64,000 nt of DNA from the human T2T-CHM13v2.0 reference genome, Homo sapiens. The notes beneath the pieces are model-generated. The model did not search any database, was not told the origin of the DNA, and saw nothing but the letters and a program-made list of their open reading frames with translations. The stretch lies in the NCBI RefSeq assembly GCF_009914755.1, contig NC_060934.1; one strand, written 5' to 3'. Positions 44,362-58,944 of this stretch are shown piece after piece. Position 1 is the first letter of the stretch. The number at the start of each line of letters is the position of its first letter. Made by a program: the position numbers and the translations under genes.

Positions 44362-44406
44362 TCTGGATATACAAACAAATTTCCACCAAACATGTGGCTA
44401 ATTTAG

Positions 44407-44759
<353 letters not shown>

Positions 44760-45364
44760 AAAAAGCAAATAATTTAGCAGGTCTGACCAAGCAGTAAACT
44801 TGTCACTTGCCAACATTTCTAATTGTATTAAACCAGAAAGACTTTATCTAATTGATACTAATGTCATTAACTAGCCTCTTAAGTCCATTCAAACAGCTCA
44901 AATAGTGTGTGTATGTGTATGTGTGTGTGTGTGTGTGTGTGCGCGTGTGTGTGTGTAAGTTTTGGTTTGTTTTTTCATTTAGCTTTAGTTTTTTTTTTCC
45001 ATCTTTTTTATTTTTAAAAATTATTTGGAGTTTTGGCATAGAATTCCATCAAAGCAATCTAGTCTATAAAGCTACTGCGTTCCACCTAACAGTTTCGTGT
45101 GTATAATTAGTGTTCTCTCCTCTTTGGAGGCATTATAGGGTTTGCACAGTGGACACAGTAGAGCCACAGTTGAATTGAATATGTGTTATTAGACACACTA
45201 TGCTAAAAAATTAATACATTTCATGGTTAATTAAAGTCACCTGAACTAAGGCAGGGAGGGTCAATGCTTTTATTTCTTCTTCATTTTAAAATTAATGTTT
45301 ATTTAAAGCATCTCTAGAGGCAGCAACCCTTTTCTAAGGTAGATCTTTTCCTGTATGTTAACAG

Positions 45365-45391
45365 AGGCTGAGTACTTAAAGCCCACATCAG
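45365..45391 (+). pseudogene. 27-nt micro-exon EAEYLKPTS
   Basis: cttttcctgtatgttaacag| ... TCA G|gtaagt, phase 1-1, open. Confidence 0.5.
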
Positions 45392-45887
45392 GTAAGTTCA
45401 TGCTTTTGTTTTACCAACTTGACATTTTTTTATTCTAGAAGCTACCTGGGCAGGTAATAGACAGATAATAAAGAGACAAATGGAATAAAAGGTGGGAGGG
45501 ATCAGCTTGCCATATTTTGACAGTCATTATTTTTTATTTCTGCATTCCTGGGCCATTAAGATAATCCTTTCATTAAGTTGAAAATGTCATTGGACTGCTT
45601 TCTTTGTTCCGCAAGAATGAGCTTTATTTTCACTTCAGTCATGAGGGTTTTGGTTATTCTCTAGCATTGCTATTTTCATTTTTCCAGTGGAATAGCAGTT
45701 AAAAGCATGATTCCTATCACCAAGATTTTTAAGGAAAAAGCTTGGTAAATTGTGTTTCTTTCGTTACCGTTTAGCATATGTTCTTTCCTGTCATGTGGGG
45801 CTCAGTGTGGCTGGGGAAGGGAAGTCCCTGCCTGTACTTCACTCTTATGTTCTAATGCCACCAAATTCCCAACCTGTCTCCCTGCAG

Positions 45888-45920
45888 AGAATGCTGAAGA
45901 CTCACTGCAAATGCCCTAAG
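45888..45920 (+). pseudogene. 33-nt micro-exon ENAEDSLQMP* with in-frame TAA (45917-45919)
   Basis: cctgtctccctgcag| ... CCC TAA G|gtagga. The length fits phase 1-1, and TAA sits where several sibling exons have TCA G. Confidence 0.5.
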
Positions 45921-45935
45921 GTAGGAGGTATTTTC

Positions 45936-46100
45936 TTTTTTCTTTTTCTTTCTTTTTCTTTTTATTTATTTATTTATTTATTTTATTATTATTATACTTC
46001 AAGTTTTAGGGTACATGTGCACAACGTGCAGGTTTGTTACATATGTATACATGTGCCATGTTGGTGTGCTGCACCCATTAACTAGTCATTTAGCATTAGG
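45936..46100 (-). mobile_element. Severely 5'-truncated L1PA 3' end with 16-bp TSD
   Basis: tatacttcaagttttagggtacatgtgcacaacgtgcagg... flanked by GGTAGGAGGTATTTTC (45920-45935) and GGTAGTAGGTATTTTC (46101-46116). Confidence 0.9.
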
Positions 46101-46672
46101 GGTAGTAGGTATTTTCATGCTGCATTTGCAGTTAGTCCTTACTTGGTACAGTTTTCTTTTGGTTTAAAAACCAAAAAATTTTCATTGCACCTGCTCAGCT
46201 GAATTTGGAGAGGAGAATACACTACATATTCTATGCATACCATATTTGGATCAATTTCCTAGTATGTAAGGAAACTGATGTGTCCTACAACTAGAAAATG
46301 CAACGGGAGCATGTTCAAGACAGGCTTGTGCACTAGCCAAGGCTGAGCTTGGAGATGAGGGAAAGGCATGGGTTTGGCAGCAGAAGTTCTGAGTGTAAGT
46401 TCCATCTCAGCCACTTATTTAGTGTAACCTTGGGCAACTCACTAACACCTTTATAAAGGGGGGATAAAAACACCAACTTTGCAGTGCTCCATCTAAGTTA
46501 AACGAGATCATATAGATGGAATGGTAACTAGAGCCAACTTTTATAGAGTGTTTACCATGTCCCAGGTACTTTTCTAAGGACTTTTCCTGCATAATTACCC
46601 ATTATTTAATAAGTTATTTAATTAATAAGTTAAATAGTTAAATAATGGGTAATTACACAGGTAAGTCCCTTA

Positions 46673-46892
46673 AGGACTGGCAAACTTTTTCTGTAAAGGG
46701 CCACATAGCAAATATTTTAGGCTTCAGAGGCCAGGTGGTCTCGTTGCATTTATTAGACTCTGCTTCGGTGGCATGAAAGCGGCCACAGACAATTCATAAA
46801 CTCATGAACATGTCTATGTTTTAGTAACATTTCATTTGCAAAAACAGGCACTCAGCTAGGGTTGAACCACAGGCCCTAGTTTCCTGAACCTT
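46673..46892. mobile_element. MER58-type hAT element
   Basis: ggcaaactttttctgtaaagggccacatagcaaatattttaggctt... Confidence 0.75.
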
Positions 46893-47702
46893 GCTCTAAT
46901 AAATTAATTAATTCTAAACACTGCATGAATGACATTTAGTTTTTACAATGACCTGATGAGGTAGGTATGACTGTAATCCCTATTTTACTGAGGATGAAAC
47001 TGAAGCATAGAAAAATTAATCAACTTTTATTATGATACCTTGCTTGACTTTTACGGAGAGTTGATGTTAAAAATAGATATATTTCTCCTGTTTAGTTTCT
47101 CAAATCATGAAAAATATAGAGCCAAATCTTATTCCTCCTCTCTCTACTCACTTCACCCAACCAATGCATCAGAAAATTCTGTCTACTTCTAAAATATATG
47201 CTAAACCCATTAGCATCTCCCAACTCCACTAATACTGCAGTCATCCAAAGCCCCATCATTGTTCATCGTCACTATAGCAACAATTTTCCAAATAGTCCTC
47301 TACCTCCTCCCTTTCCTCCCCCAACATATACACAATCTATTCTCATCACAGAAACTAGAGCAGGCTGGTAATTGTAAATTAGATCATTCCTTTTCACTCA
47401 AAATTCTCCAAAAGCTTTCCGTTGTATTTAAAATAACATCCAAATCTGGTACCATGGTCTTTCAGACCCTGCATGACCTATGCCTTGCTCATGTCTCTGA
47501 TCCTTGAGAACACACCTCTTGCACTGTGTTCCCCGAGTCTTTTTTCCATCCCTTCAAACTCACAAGGTAGCTTCCACCTTAGGGCCTTTGTAGGGGGTAC
47601 TTCCCTCTGCCTGAAATGCTCTTCTCCCAGACTTTTCTTCAGCTCATTCCTCGTAATCAGGCCTCAGGTAAAATGTCAGTCCCTCAGAGAGGTTTCCCCT
47701 GA

Positions 47703-48101
<399 letters not shown>

Positions 48102-49278
48102 CAAGATAGTCTTTGTACTCTTTTGTCGTTGTCCTGCTCATCTGTGTCCTCCTGCACCACTCCCCAGAGTGTGGGTTTTGTGAGAGTAGGAACTTTGGCA
48201 ATCTTGTTTATCTCAGAGCCAAGGAGAGTTCCTGATACATAATAGGTTCTAAATAAATATTTGAGTGAAAAAATAGACATATATAACATTCTGCCACTTC
48301 CATAAATTGCTGTTGAAAACATTATACTAGGTATTAAAATACTCAATGAACAAAGACAATGACTTTTTTAGGAGGATACCACTTATCAGGCAGTGAGAAT
48401 TCCATTATGCACCAGGATTTTCATCTGCCTTCAAACTCCAGGAAGTTCAGAGCTTAATTGAATGATCAATACTAGCAATAGCCAAGGATTTTTTTTGGTT
48501 GGTTGGTAATTTTTCCATGTATTTTCCTTTCATTCGTATGCTTGTTAATCTTATATTTCTATTTTTCTGGTCTTGCTATGCAGATATATGTATTTTACTG
48601 TCACTTGAAATTTGTAGCAGAACATATACATATATAATTATTACATATTAAATTATATCAATAATTATAACACAATATTCAACAAAATAAAATAATCTAA
48701 TGTAATATATAATTGTGATGTATTATAGTATATAAAGATATTATTATAATATTGTGTTGTATATTACATATTATAATGTGTAATATATAATAATAGTATG
48801 TATAATAATTAATGACATATATAGGATTAATAGAAATGTCCGCAAAGGGTCCAGGAGGAACCAGATGATGGCCCCTGGGCTCTGACGGAGGCACAAGCTG
48901 AGAAGACAGCTCATATGTGGACATGCCATGGCCATCTTACTTTGCTGCTAGCGGGTAACCACTGCCCAGGACAGGCAGGTGGCCCAGAGTGCCACTGGTG
49001 ACTGGCTTGCTGTCAGTGTGTGGGCATTCTGAAGAGCCAGTATTATATGTTAAGGCTTTTCTTTCTAGGCTGTGTTAAAAGCAATCAAATCAGCAAATAC
49101 AGGACTTCTGAAAGCCTGTTGAGTCCCAGGGGCTGATTTCACCAGGAATTCATGATATTTTACATTTTGTATTTTAGACCTGTCACATTAAAGATTTGTT
49201 GAAAACCAGTAAGTAGGTCAAGTAAAAGTTATTCAATTTAATAGAATAAGAACTATGTCAATTTATTCTTACCAATAG

Positions 49279-49308
49279 GTGACAGAAATTCAGCAATCAT
49301 ATTATCAG
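49279..49308 (+). pseudogene. 30-nt micro-exon GDRNSAIILS
   Basis: tttattcttaccaatag| ... TCA G|gtaaga, phase 1-1, open. Confidence 0.55.
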
Positions 49309-49685
49309 GTAAGATAACTTGTTTGTGCTGTTTTCCCCTGGGACTTTTCTGTTTTCCCACCCGATACAGGAGGGAAGTATGTGGAAGCGTGGCTATTGAG
49401 TTATTTTACTCAGTGACTTATTATAACCTGCCCCTTATAACTGAGCTTGGATGGAGATGATTTTCAGGACATCACTCCAAAAGATTCACTAACCTCTTAA
49501 AAAAAGAGAGCTAACAATACTATTTAAAAAATACTGGAAACATTTGGAACATAGGTTTTGTAAGTATTTAATTTTTCAGTTTGGCCAGCTTCTCTGGGAG
49601 TATCCAAACTCTCTTAATTTTTATAAAGGAAATGTTTCATTTTTTGGAGGAATAATCATCTGATTGCATGTAATGTTTACTTATT

Positions 49686-50178
49686 GTATAATTTCCCCAT
49701 CGCTGCTCTAACAAAGTGCCATAACTTAGTGGCTTAAACAACACAAATTTATGATCTTGTAGTTCTAGGGGTCAGAAATCCAAAATGGGTCTCAGCTAAG
49801 AGTAGTATCAGGTAGGCTGTGTTCATTCTAGAAGCTCTGGAAAAAGAGGATCCATTTCCTGTCTTTTCCAGTTTTTAGTGGTGACCTGCATTCCTTGGCT
49901 GGTGGCCAGGCCTCCATCTTTAAAGCCAGCAGAGAGATTAGCATTTTCCAATCTCTCTCTGACTCTCTTTTGCCTTCTGCTTCCACTTTTAAGGACCCTT
50001 GTGATGCCATTGGGCCCACCTGATAATGCAGGATAATCTCCTAATGTTAAGGCAACTGATTAACAACCGTAGTTTCACCAGCAATCTTAATTCACCCCTT
50101 TGCTGCGTGACCTAACATATGCTCAGGTTCCAGCGATTAGAATGTGGATATCTTTGGGGGGGCCAATACTCAGCCTTC
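49686..50178 (-). mobile_element. MLT1 (MaLR) LTR
   Basis: acttagtggcttaaacaacacaaatttatg...tgtggatatctttggggggcc. Confidence 0.8.
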
Positions 50179-50882
50179 TGTACTTGTTTATGAAATCAAT
50201 TTTGTAGTTACTGCTGCTCAGTGGCGCAGAAATGGACACGTTATTCAGAACATACATTAAAATATGGTGACCAAACAGGAAGTAGAGAGAAGAAAGGTAC
50301 GACAGAAGAGGGGGAGCATCTACCCAAGTCAATCCAAAAAGAGAAGCAATTGTTCTCCATCTCCTGCAGTTGCCTCTGTCAATGTTCCTTATGGACATTG
50401 TAAGTAATTCCCACGGCCAGACATGGCATGAAGTTAGGTCTGTAGAGCAGGAGAGAATAGGGGACCGTGGAGCCATAGAGAGGTTTTTTGCTAGCACAAC
50501 GGCAACAGAAATGTTGGGAACAAAACAGGCTTAGGAATAAAACATGCAGAACACGCACATAAAATTACCAGAGCGTCCTCATGATCTAGACCACAGGCCA
50601 ACTCTTAGGAGGAATATTAAGACCCAGAACACAAAACTATCATCACAAAACACCAAATAACTGCACTTGGACATCGAATCTGGGAGAGAGACAGGCCGGG
50701 GATGATTGAGCCTAATGGGATTGAAGATCAGATGGCTAAGAGGTGATTTAGCATTTCTGTCACTTACTCAGAGGTCACTTCAGAGTTGAGGCAGAACCAC
50801 ACCTTGTGAAATCACAGGGAGCCCCTGGCCAAACACCCCTCCCTCAAGTTACTTATTGTTCACAGGTGCTTCTTTATTACAG

Positions 50883-50945
50883 TTCTACCTGCTGCCATCT
50901 CAACTCAACTCTCTCCTACAACTGCTGCACATTCGGCATCGTCAG
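50883..50945 (+). pseudogene. Ser/Thr/Pro-rich exon VLPAAISTQLSPTTAAHSASS
   Basis: gcttctttattacag| ... TCA G|gtagga, 63 nt, phase 1-1, open. Confidence 0.6.
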
Positions 50946-51924
50946 GTAGGACACTACCAGCTCCTCTGCCATGGTAAATTCACCATAGCTTCTAAGTTGC
51001 ATGAATGATAGTCGGTGGTTCTGCACCCTCACTAGGTATTGCTAAAAGATCACTTGAGATCAAATGATTTGAGAGGAAAGGAACAAGAGGACCCTGAGAT
51101 GGTCTGAATTTCACTTTGTGTTTGATCACCTATAATTTTACCAACAAAAAACATGATAACGCAAGTCTTCTCATTTCACATGCTTTCACAAATGCAGAGT
51201 AAGAAGAAAAGAGATGGGGGAAGTGTGTGTTAGAGAAAAAGATTATTAAAGAGTCTCCTCATATCTTTTGATTTTAAGAAATAAACTACAGCACTTGGCC
51301 TTATGTCTGGGAATTATCCAACTTAGAGATGTCCAAATTACATCTCAGTGATCACCATTATAATCCATTTTCACTTGACCATGCTAGTTGATTCTGTCTC
51401 CACTTCTGCATCACCTGTAACTGCTGATATTTCAATTACACCATCATATAATTCACATTCTGACAATGCTAATAATCATCTTTAGTAAGTCCTTAAGCCT
51501 GTACTATCCATGTGCTTACTGAGATGTGCTGTGTCTGTTAAATACACACTGGATCTTTCAAAGAATCAGGAAAATGGGTACTTGTTGTTCAATGGGTATA
51601 AGCTTTCAGTTATGCAACATGAATAGGTTCTAGAGATCTGCTGTGCAACATCATGCCTATAGTTAACACACCGTACTGTGCACTTCAAAATTTGTTGTGG
51701 GTAGATTTCATGTCAAGCGTTCTTACCACACACCCGAAAGAGACATAAGGAAACTTTTGGAGGTGATGGATTTGTTTATTACCTTGGCTGTAGTGATAGT
51801 ATCACAGGTGTGTGCTTGTATCCAAACACATCAAGCTATACACATTAAACATGCACAGTGTTTTGGTCTATCAATTATACCTCAAAAATTGTTTTAAGAA
51901 AGACAATACTATTAAAAGAATGCA

Positions 51925-52207
51925 GGCCAGGCACGGTGGCTCACGCCTGTAATCCCAGCACTTTGGGAGGCTGAGGGGAGTGGATCACAAGGTCAGGAGA
52001 TTGAGACCAGCCTGGCCAATATGGTGAAACCTCATCTCTACTAAAAACTATAAAAATTAGCTGGGGGCCATGGCGCATGCCTGTAATCCCAGCTACTCAG
52101 GAGGCTGAGGCAGGGGAATCACTTGAACCCAGGAGGCGGAGGTTGCAGTGAGCCAAGATTGCTGGTGACAGAGCAAGACTCTATCCCCCCCACCAAAAAA
52201 AAAAAAA
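51925..52207 (+). mobile_element. Alu (AluS-type, internal deletion near 3' end)
   Basis: Alu consensus. Confidence 0.92.
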
Positions 52208-53738
52208 GCAAAATTGCTCATTGACTTTTTTATATGGATTACATTTTGTATTTATATTTTAAACTATTACATTGAAATGATAATATTTTGGATACATCAG
52301 ATTAAATAAGATATATTATTAAAACTAATTCCATCAGCAACCAGAAAATCTGAAATTTCATATGTAGTTTGCACTTAATTTATAATAAACAGCATTGCCT
52401 TCCACTGAGACAATCACATATGTTGAACGTCTTATATGGATTTTCTTGTCTAATCCTTCCAAGAGCTGGATGAGGGGACTTCTAACACCTCAATTTTCAA
52501 AATGAAGAAACTTATGTTCGGATAGGTTAAATATTGTCCTCAAGGTTGGTGGAAAGATAACACAATCTGACTTCAGAGCCCTAAAGCTTAATCTCTGAAC
52601 TATTCTAAACTCTCTAAACCACATTAAAATCCTATTCTAAAAAATATTGACAAGGCACATTGCCTATTCAGAAACAAGGAGTCTATTTGAGATGACAAAA
52701 GCTGAGACTGAAGAGTTCATCTCTGAGCTGGGTCTGCGTTTAATTTTTGTACTTTTACCCTTGCCTCTCCCAAACTCACATATCCATTGCGCATTGGGTG
52801 GCCACTGCAACACCAGTGCCAGTCCCCTGCCCTGCCTGGTCCAATCCTCCCCATCCCTCTCCAAGCTGCCCTGGCGGGAGTGGCTCCCTCTTCTAGATTC
52901 TCACAGCTTTTTATCTGTCCTCACTTTAGCTCTTATTCCTCTCTCATCCAGTTGCATATGTATCCACTTGCTTCCCCAGTGACATGAGGGCAGAATCCAT
53001 CTTTCTCATTTTCAACATTGCCCGCAGCACGTGCATGTGCACACATACACACAGATATCTTGAGGACAATGTCAGCATGTCTGCTCTCTGATGGGCAGGC
53101 ATTCAGTGGTGGTTAAATAAATAAATGAATAAATGCTTGAATAAATGAATGTCATTTGGCTTTTGCCAGTTTGCATATTTATGTCCACTTCTAAACATGA
53201 ACAACAAAGAGAAAAAACACGTTAAATTCCTAGCTCTAGTGTCTACATGACTAAATACGGACATTTTTGCACGTTAAGTGGCATATTCCACTTACTTGAC
53301 AGTGCAGTGCTCACAGCCACCTACTGGATTAGGATCTACTCTCTTCTACCTGCCATTTATGAGACCCTCATGATGTTTCTTTACCCCTTTGTGCTTCTGT
53401 TACCTCATCTGAGAAGTGGAAACAATAGCCACTGATTTCAAAGAGTTCTGAGGATTAAGTCACTGAATCGGTGTAAAGCACTTAGCAGGCAGCCTGGAGC
53501 ATGGTAGGTACACAGGGAGTGTGCCCTCCTTCCGTGCCTGGAGGAATGTCCTGTGGGATGCTGTTTTTCACAAGGAGGGGCTTCTGCCCTGTAGTGGCTA
53601 GGCCAGGTGAAAAGGGCATGGCATTTCTGCTCTCTGCTGTAGCCAGGTCATTTTATCATAGTTCCTCCTCCAGCCCCTGGAAACCACCAGTCTGCTGTCT
53701 GTCGCTACGGATTTACCTATCCTGGATATTTCATATAA

Positions 53739-54126
<388 letters not shown>

Positions 54127-54211
54127 TTATCCATTTTGAATGAGCTTGTATAAAGGTAGTTGAAATAAAGGGTCCCTCTTTCTATTCAACGTTAAATATC
54201 AGGGATCATTT

Positions 54212-54623
<412 letters not shown>

Positions 54624-55130
54624 GTAGGTCAATGAGCTGCTAGTTAAAACAACAAAAATGGGTGTGATGCATTGATGAAAGGTTGAATTGTTGTTTAGGG
54701 CCAGGGGAGATATACTACCAAGGAATCTAAGGACCATGTGTGTAATGCCCAATGTCACTTGCAGCACCACATTTGAAGCTCCATGAGGCAAGGCTTTTAT
54801 CTGTCTTGCTTGTTACTGTATCCCTAGCCCCTATCCCAATGCTTAATATATTATAGACACACAATAAATGTTTATTGAAAGAATAAACAAATGTGCAGGT
54901 GTTGCATGGTGGGCAGGCTGTTGGACCCCTCTTGAGGCAGCTTTGGCCTCAGCCAAGAACAATCCTGGTAGACAGTGTATAGTGGAGGCAAATCTCTCCA
55001 CTCAAGAGACACAGGTATCACTCTGAGAAACACCAGCAGCCCCTATTTGTACAAATATCCTGCCTCAAAGAGAAGTTAGTATCATAGCAAACTAGTGAAG
55101 TCAGATCTAACAAATATTTATATTTTTCAG

Positions 55131-55169
55131 TGTCAGCAGATAATGAAAAGTTACCAACTACCCTAGCAG
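55131..55169 (+). pseudogene. 39-nt exon VSADNEKLPTTLA
   Basis: tttatatttttcag| ... GCA G|gtaagc, phase 1-1, open. Confidence 0.62.
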
Positions 55170-58068
55170 GTAAGCAATGATTCTATCATTCATCCTGTGG
55201 ATGGGAGGCCTTACCATCCAGAGGGGACATCCAGGCAGGTGGATCACTAGGTTGTGTGATGTCTTCCATGGGGTCATCTAAGATAATCAGCATCCTTATG
55301 AATGCAATGATTTTTACAAACTTTTCCCAATTCATCAATGACTTATTTTACTACTGCTGAGTGCCTCCTGCAGAACCTGGGGCTGATGCAGAGTTAAAGG
55401 GGGGAGTCATATGGGTATTTGGGGACAGCAGGGTCACACTGAGGAGCTTAACCTGAACTTGACTCCAACCTCATCAGAAGAAATCTGGCAGCTCATTGGC
55501 AGCTTGTGGCTAGTCCAAATGCTTTGGTTAAGGTGTGGCATGGCTGGGGGTGCTTCACCAGCTGCTAGTTGAGTTCTTATCTGATCTATTCTGTGTTCAG
55601 CCGGTCCTAATCCCCATTTCCATGTTGTTCCAGTGCTACCTGTGGCTGACTCAGCATCTGCCAGCCGTAGGGCCAACGTGCCTGGGCCCAGCCCTTCAGG
55701 TGAGCAACCTTCCTGAGGATACCTTTTTGCTCTCCAAACCACAGAGTGAAGGTGGGCTCATCCCAATGAGGGAGGAGCCTGGGGGAGCAGCACCGTTTGC
55801 AGCCTCTTTGGCGTAAAGGGGAAGCACAATCCTGAGAGGACCTCGACCTCCAGGACTGGGGCCGATTCATTGGGCCTCCCAGACAGCATCCTCACTTGCT
55901 GCTGTTCCAGGGAAACATTTTAAAGTTCAGAAAATACAGAGAATAAGAAAGCGAATAACCATGCCTGTCTTATCTAAATATGACCGATGCTTGCATTTGG
56001 TTATATTGGTTTTCCTGTCCTATCAATCAAGAAATAAAACATGGTTAAATTTGAAGCTCCCAATAGTCCTCAGTCTCAGTCTTTTCTCTGTCCTTCCTCA
56101 CAAACACTCTTAAATTTTGTGTATATCCTAACCTATGTGCTTGTGCCACCAAGCAAGACTAAGCATCCACCTTAAGAATTAGATATCTTTTTGTTGTAAC
56201 CTATTTTTAACCTGTTAAAGGTAGCTTTTTATCAATGTTGAGTGTGTTTCCTTTGACACCAGCTATTGAGTTAGTATTTTCATCATCCATATCCATATAA
56301 TGATAATAATTCTAAAAGTAAATATTCGTAAGACTTGTCTTTATATCTTACATATTTTTATGTTTAAATATACTAAAAATAAGACTTAAAAGAAAAGTAT
56401 AATAATCTGCTTTATGAGTTAATTAAATGACTATATTTGACAACCTTTATTCCAGGAAAGGGCTGTTAAGTATTAGTAATGCTCCCCTTGTGCATGCTTT
56501 ATGATGTTCACAGGTATTTTACACACACTGAAACACTGCAGGACTTATCAGAGCCCTTTCTCTACTAGTGGACACGAGCATTCTGTAAGAGGGGACTATG
56601 TTATACCAGGTTTTCCTAGCTTTACCTGACTGCAAAGCTCCTACTGCTCACTGAGATTGGGACTAGTGTCTACAAAAATGAGTTTAAATAATGCTGAACT
56701 CCAAGTGCTTAGAACATGCCATTAATAGTTGTTAAATACCTAATCAAACTGTTTTAAGTGACCTTATCCCCTTGAGTAATTAAGTTTCCTTATGACCTTT
56801 GGGCCCCGACTCTCATCCTGATGATTCTGTTAAACAATACATCCTAAGGGTAAGAACTTTTCTTTCTCCCTCCCTCTGCCTGAAATGCCCCCATTTCCAT
56901 CATGTCCAGATTGTGTCTCCCTGTGAAATCCTATGCTTGCTTCTGGGCCCGGTTGTAGAAGGACTTTCCTGAGCTCCACCATCAGCGGAGTCTTTTCTCT
57001 GCCTCAGAGTATCATTTGCATACTTTTCTAGCATTTTACCTCTTCTGTTATTAATAGCAGAGCTATCTGGATGTTTCTACTAGTCCCCAACTTAATTACA
57101 AACCTATTGTTTGCAGGGACTCTTATTTCAGTAAACAAATTGCATATTCTACAGGTCCTATTTGATTGACTAAACATCCTTACTAACAGAAGTGATGCAA
57201 AACATTATTAATGTTGGGTAGATAGCTTACTACACAGTAGTGGGTTTGAGAAACTTAACTTTGTGGTTTTTTAATGTCTTAGTTTGATAAACAATTCAAC
57301 TTAACATTAGCTGGTTGGTGCAAGGGTTCTCGACTGTGGCAGGAGCTGAAAGAAGACTCAGTCACCACAGCAGTCCCGCCTCTACACTTGAATTCCTAGG
57401 TTTAGTGCAGTGAGACGAGCACTGGCACAAGTCAACTAAACAACTCGATTACTCACAGACAGGCAGCAGGGATCCTCAGAAGCCTAGGACCATGGGGAGG
57501 TGGTCCCCCAAGGATAAGGAAAGCTGCCCAGGGTGGATGGAGTCTCATCTGCATGTGCTCCACTTCACAACACAGCGAGGGACCCTGAAAGCATTCCACT
57601 CAGGGTTTGATATTGCTGGGGGCCACTTGGCTCATGTTGCAGAGCATACTGTTCTAGGAGGAGCATCCGGCTCTAGGATGAGGACAAAGCCCAAGCTGTC
57701 CCAGACAGTTCCTTCTTGTCCCAGGATATTGCAGTCTCAGCACATTCTGCAGTTATTCTGAGAACTATAGCAGGAGGGGTGAAGACCTGGGCTGGCCAAG
57801 GCCATTAAGGACTTGTTCTTCTGCAGTTGGCCCTGGCATGAAATCAGGACAGCTCTGTAGGACCAGTTTCTTTTATGGTAAGAAATGCCCTGAATACAGA
57901 ATCCTCAAGGTAACAGAGATGATGGAGACTTAGATGAAAACATAATTTTCCAAATAAGATGGCTATTAAGCTGTGGGTTGAATTCTTGAAGAAATTTTCA
58001 CTATTTTTTATTTATATTTTTTAATGTTACATTGTTATTTATAATGACTTTTTTGTTGTTCCATATAG

Positions 58069-58131
58069 TTGGGGTCACTTCGGAGACTTCACTGGCCATA
58101 ACCCCTGTGTCCTCCACACTTCCATCAACAG
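58069..58131 (+). pseudogene. Ser/Thr/Pro-rich exon VGVTSETSLAITPVSSTLPST
   Basis: ttttgttgttccatatag| ... ACA G|gtaaag, 63 nt, phase 1-1, open. Confidence 0.68.
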
Positions 58132-58944
58132 GTAAAGACTTGCCTGGGAAACCAGGAGATATGGATGCTGAGGTCCCCAGCATCAGTCCAAGCTAGGTGA
58201 AAAGGCATAGGGTCACTTTGGGAGGTAGCTCTGTATAATAGAAAGAGCTGTAAATTCTTTCACTTTCAAGGTGTGTGATCTTGAGCAATTTAGGTGTTCT
58301 ACCTGAGTCAGTTTCCTTTTCTAAATCAGGTGCAGTACCCCTTTTCAGCATGGTGGTTGAATACCTTAAAAAATGAGAGAACTAATATACAAGAAGTGAA
58401 TGGTTGAATTCTAGGCACATGTTTATGTTTAGCTCTCTCCAATATCATAAATTCACAAATTATAGTTCTGAGAGTCGATGTATTAGAAAATCTTAACGCC
58501 AATATGGTTATGAACATTCTGGATATCAGGAAGTAACTATTACCTGTAAACGTGCAGTTAAGCCTTGTATGCGTTGCCATAAATCTCTTTATATTTTACG
58601 TATCTCTGTCCATGAGTTTCGTAGAATAAAATTACTTTATGAATAATATGGCCTTGTATGGGATCCTTCCAGAAACTTCTAATATAGAATGGATCCTTAC
58701 AAACCCATGGATCCTTCCAGAAACTTCTAATATAGAATTCAAGATAAAACCACCTTTTTCTGAGGGGAGGCTTATAACAAAGATTGGTCATTTGAAACTG
58801 AAGGTGATTATGTCTTGCTGTCCTGGCCACATGTGCAACACAAGCTTATGTGATAAACAGACTTAGATCCAAAAAGGATGAGAGAAATATCTCTGTCACC
58901 AGAGGCCAGTCCCAGTACTTCTCCTCTTTGTGCCTTCCCAGTAG

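Noticed and set aside
49178-49208. 31-nt AG/GT-bounded segment
   Set aside because: Length is not a multiple of 3 and there is a stop in phase 1.
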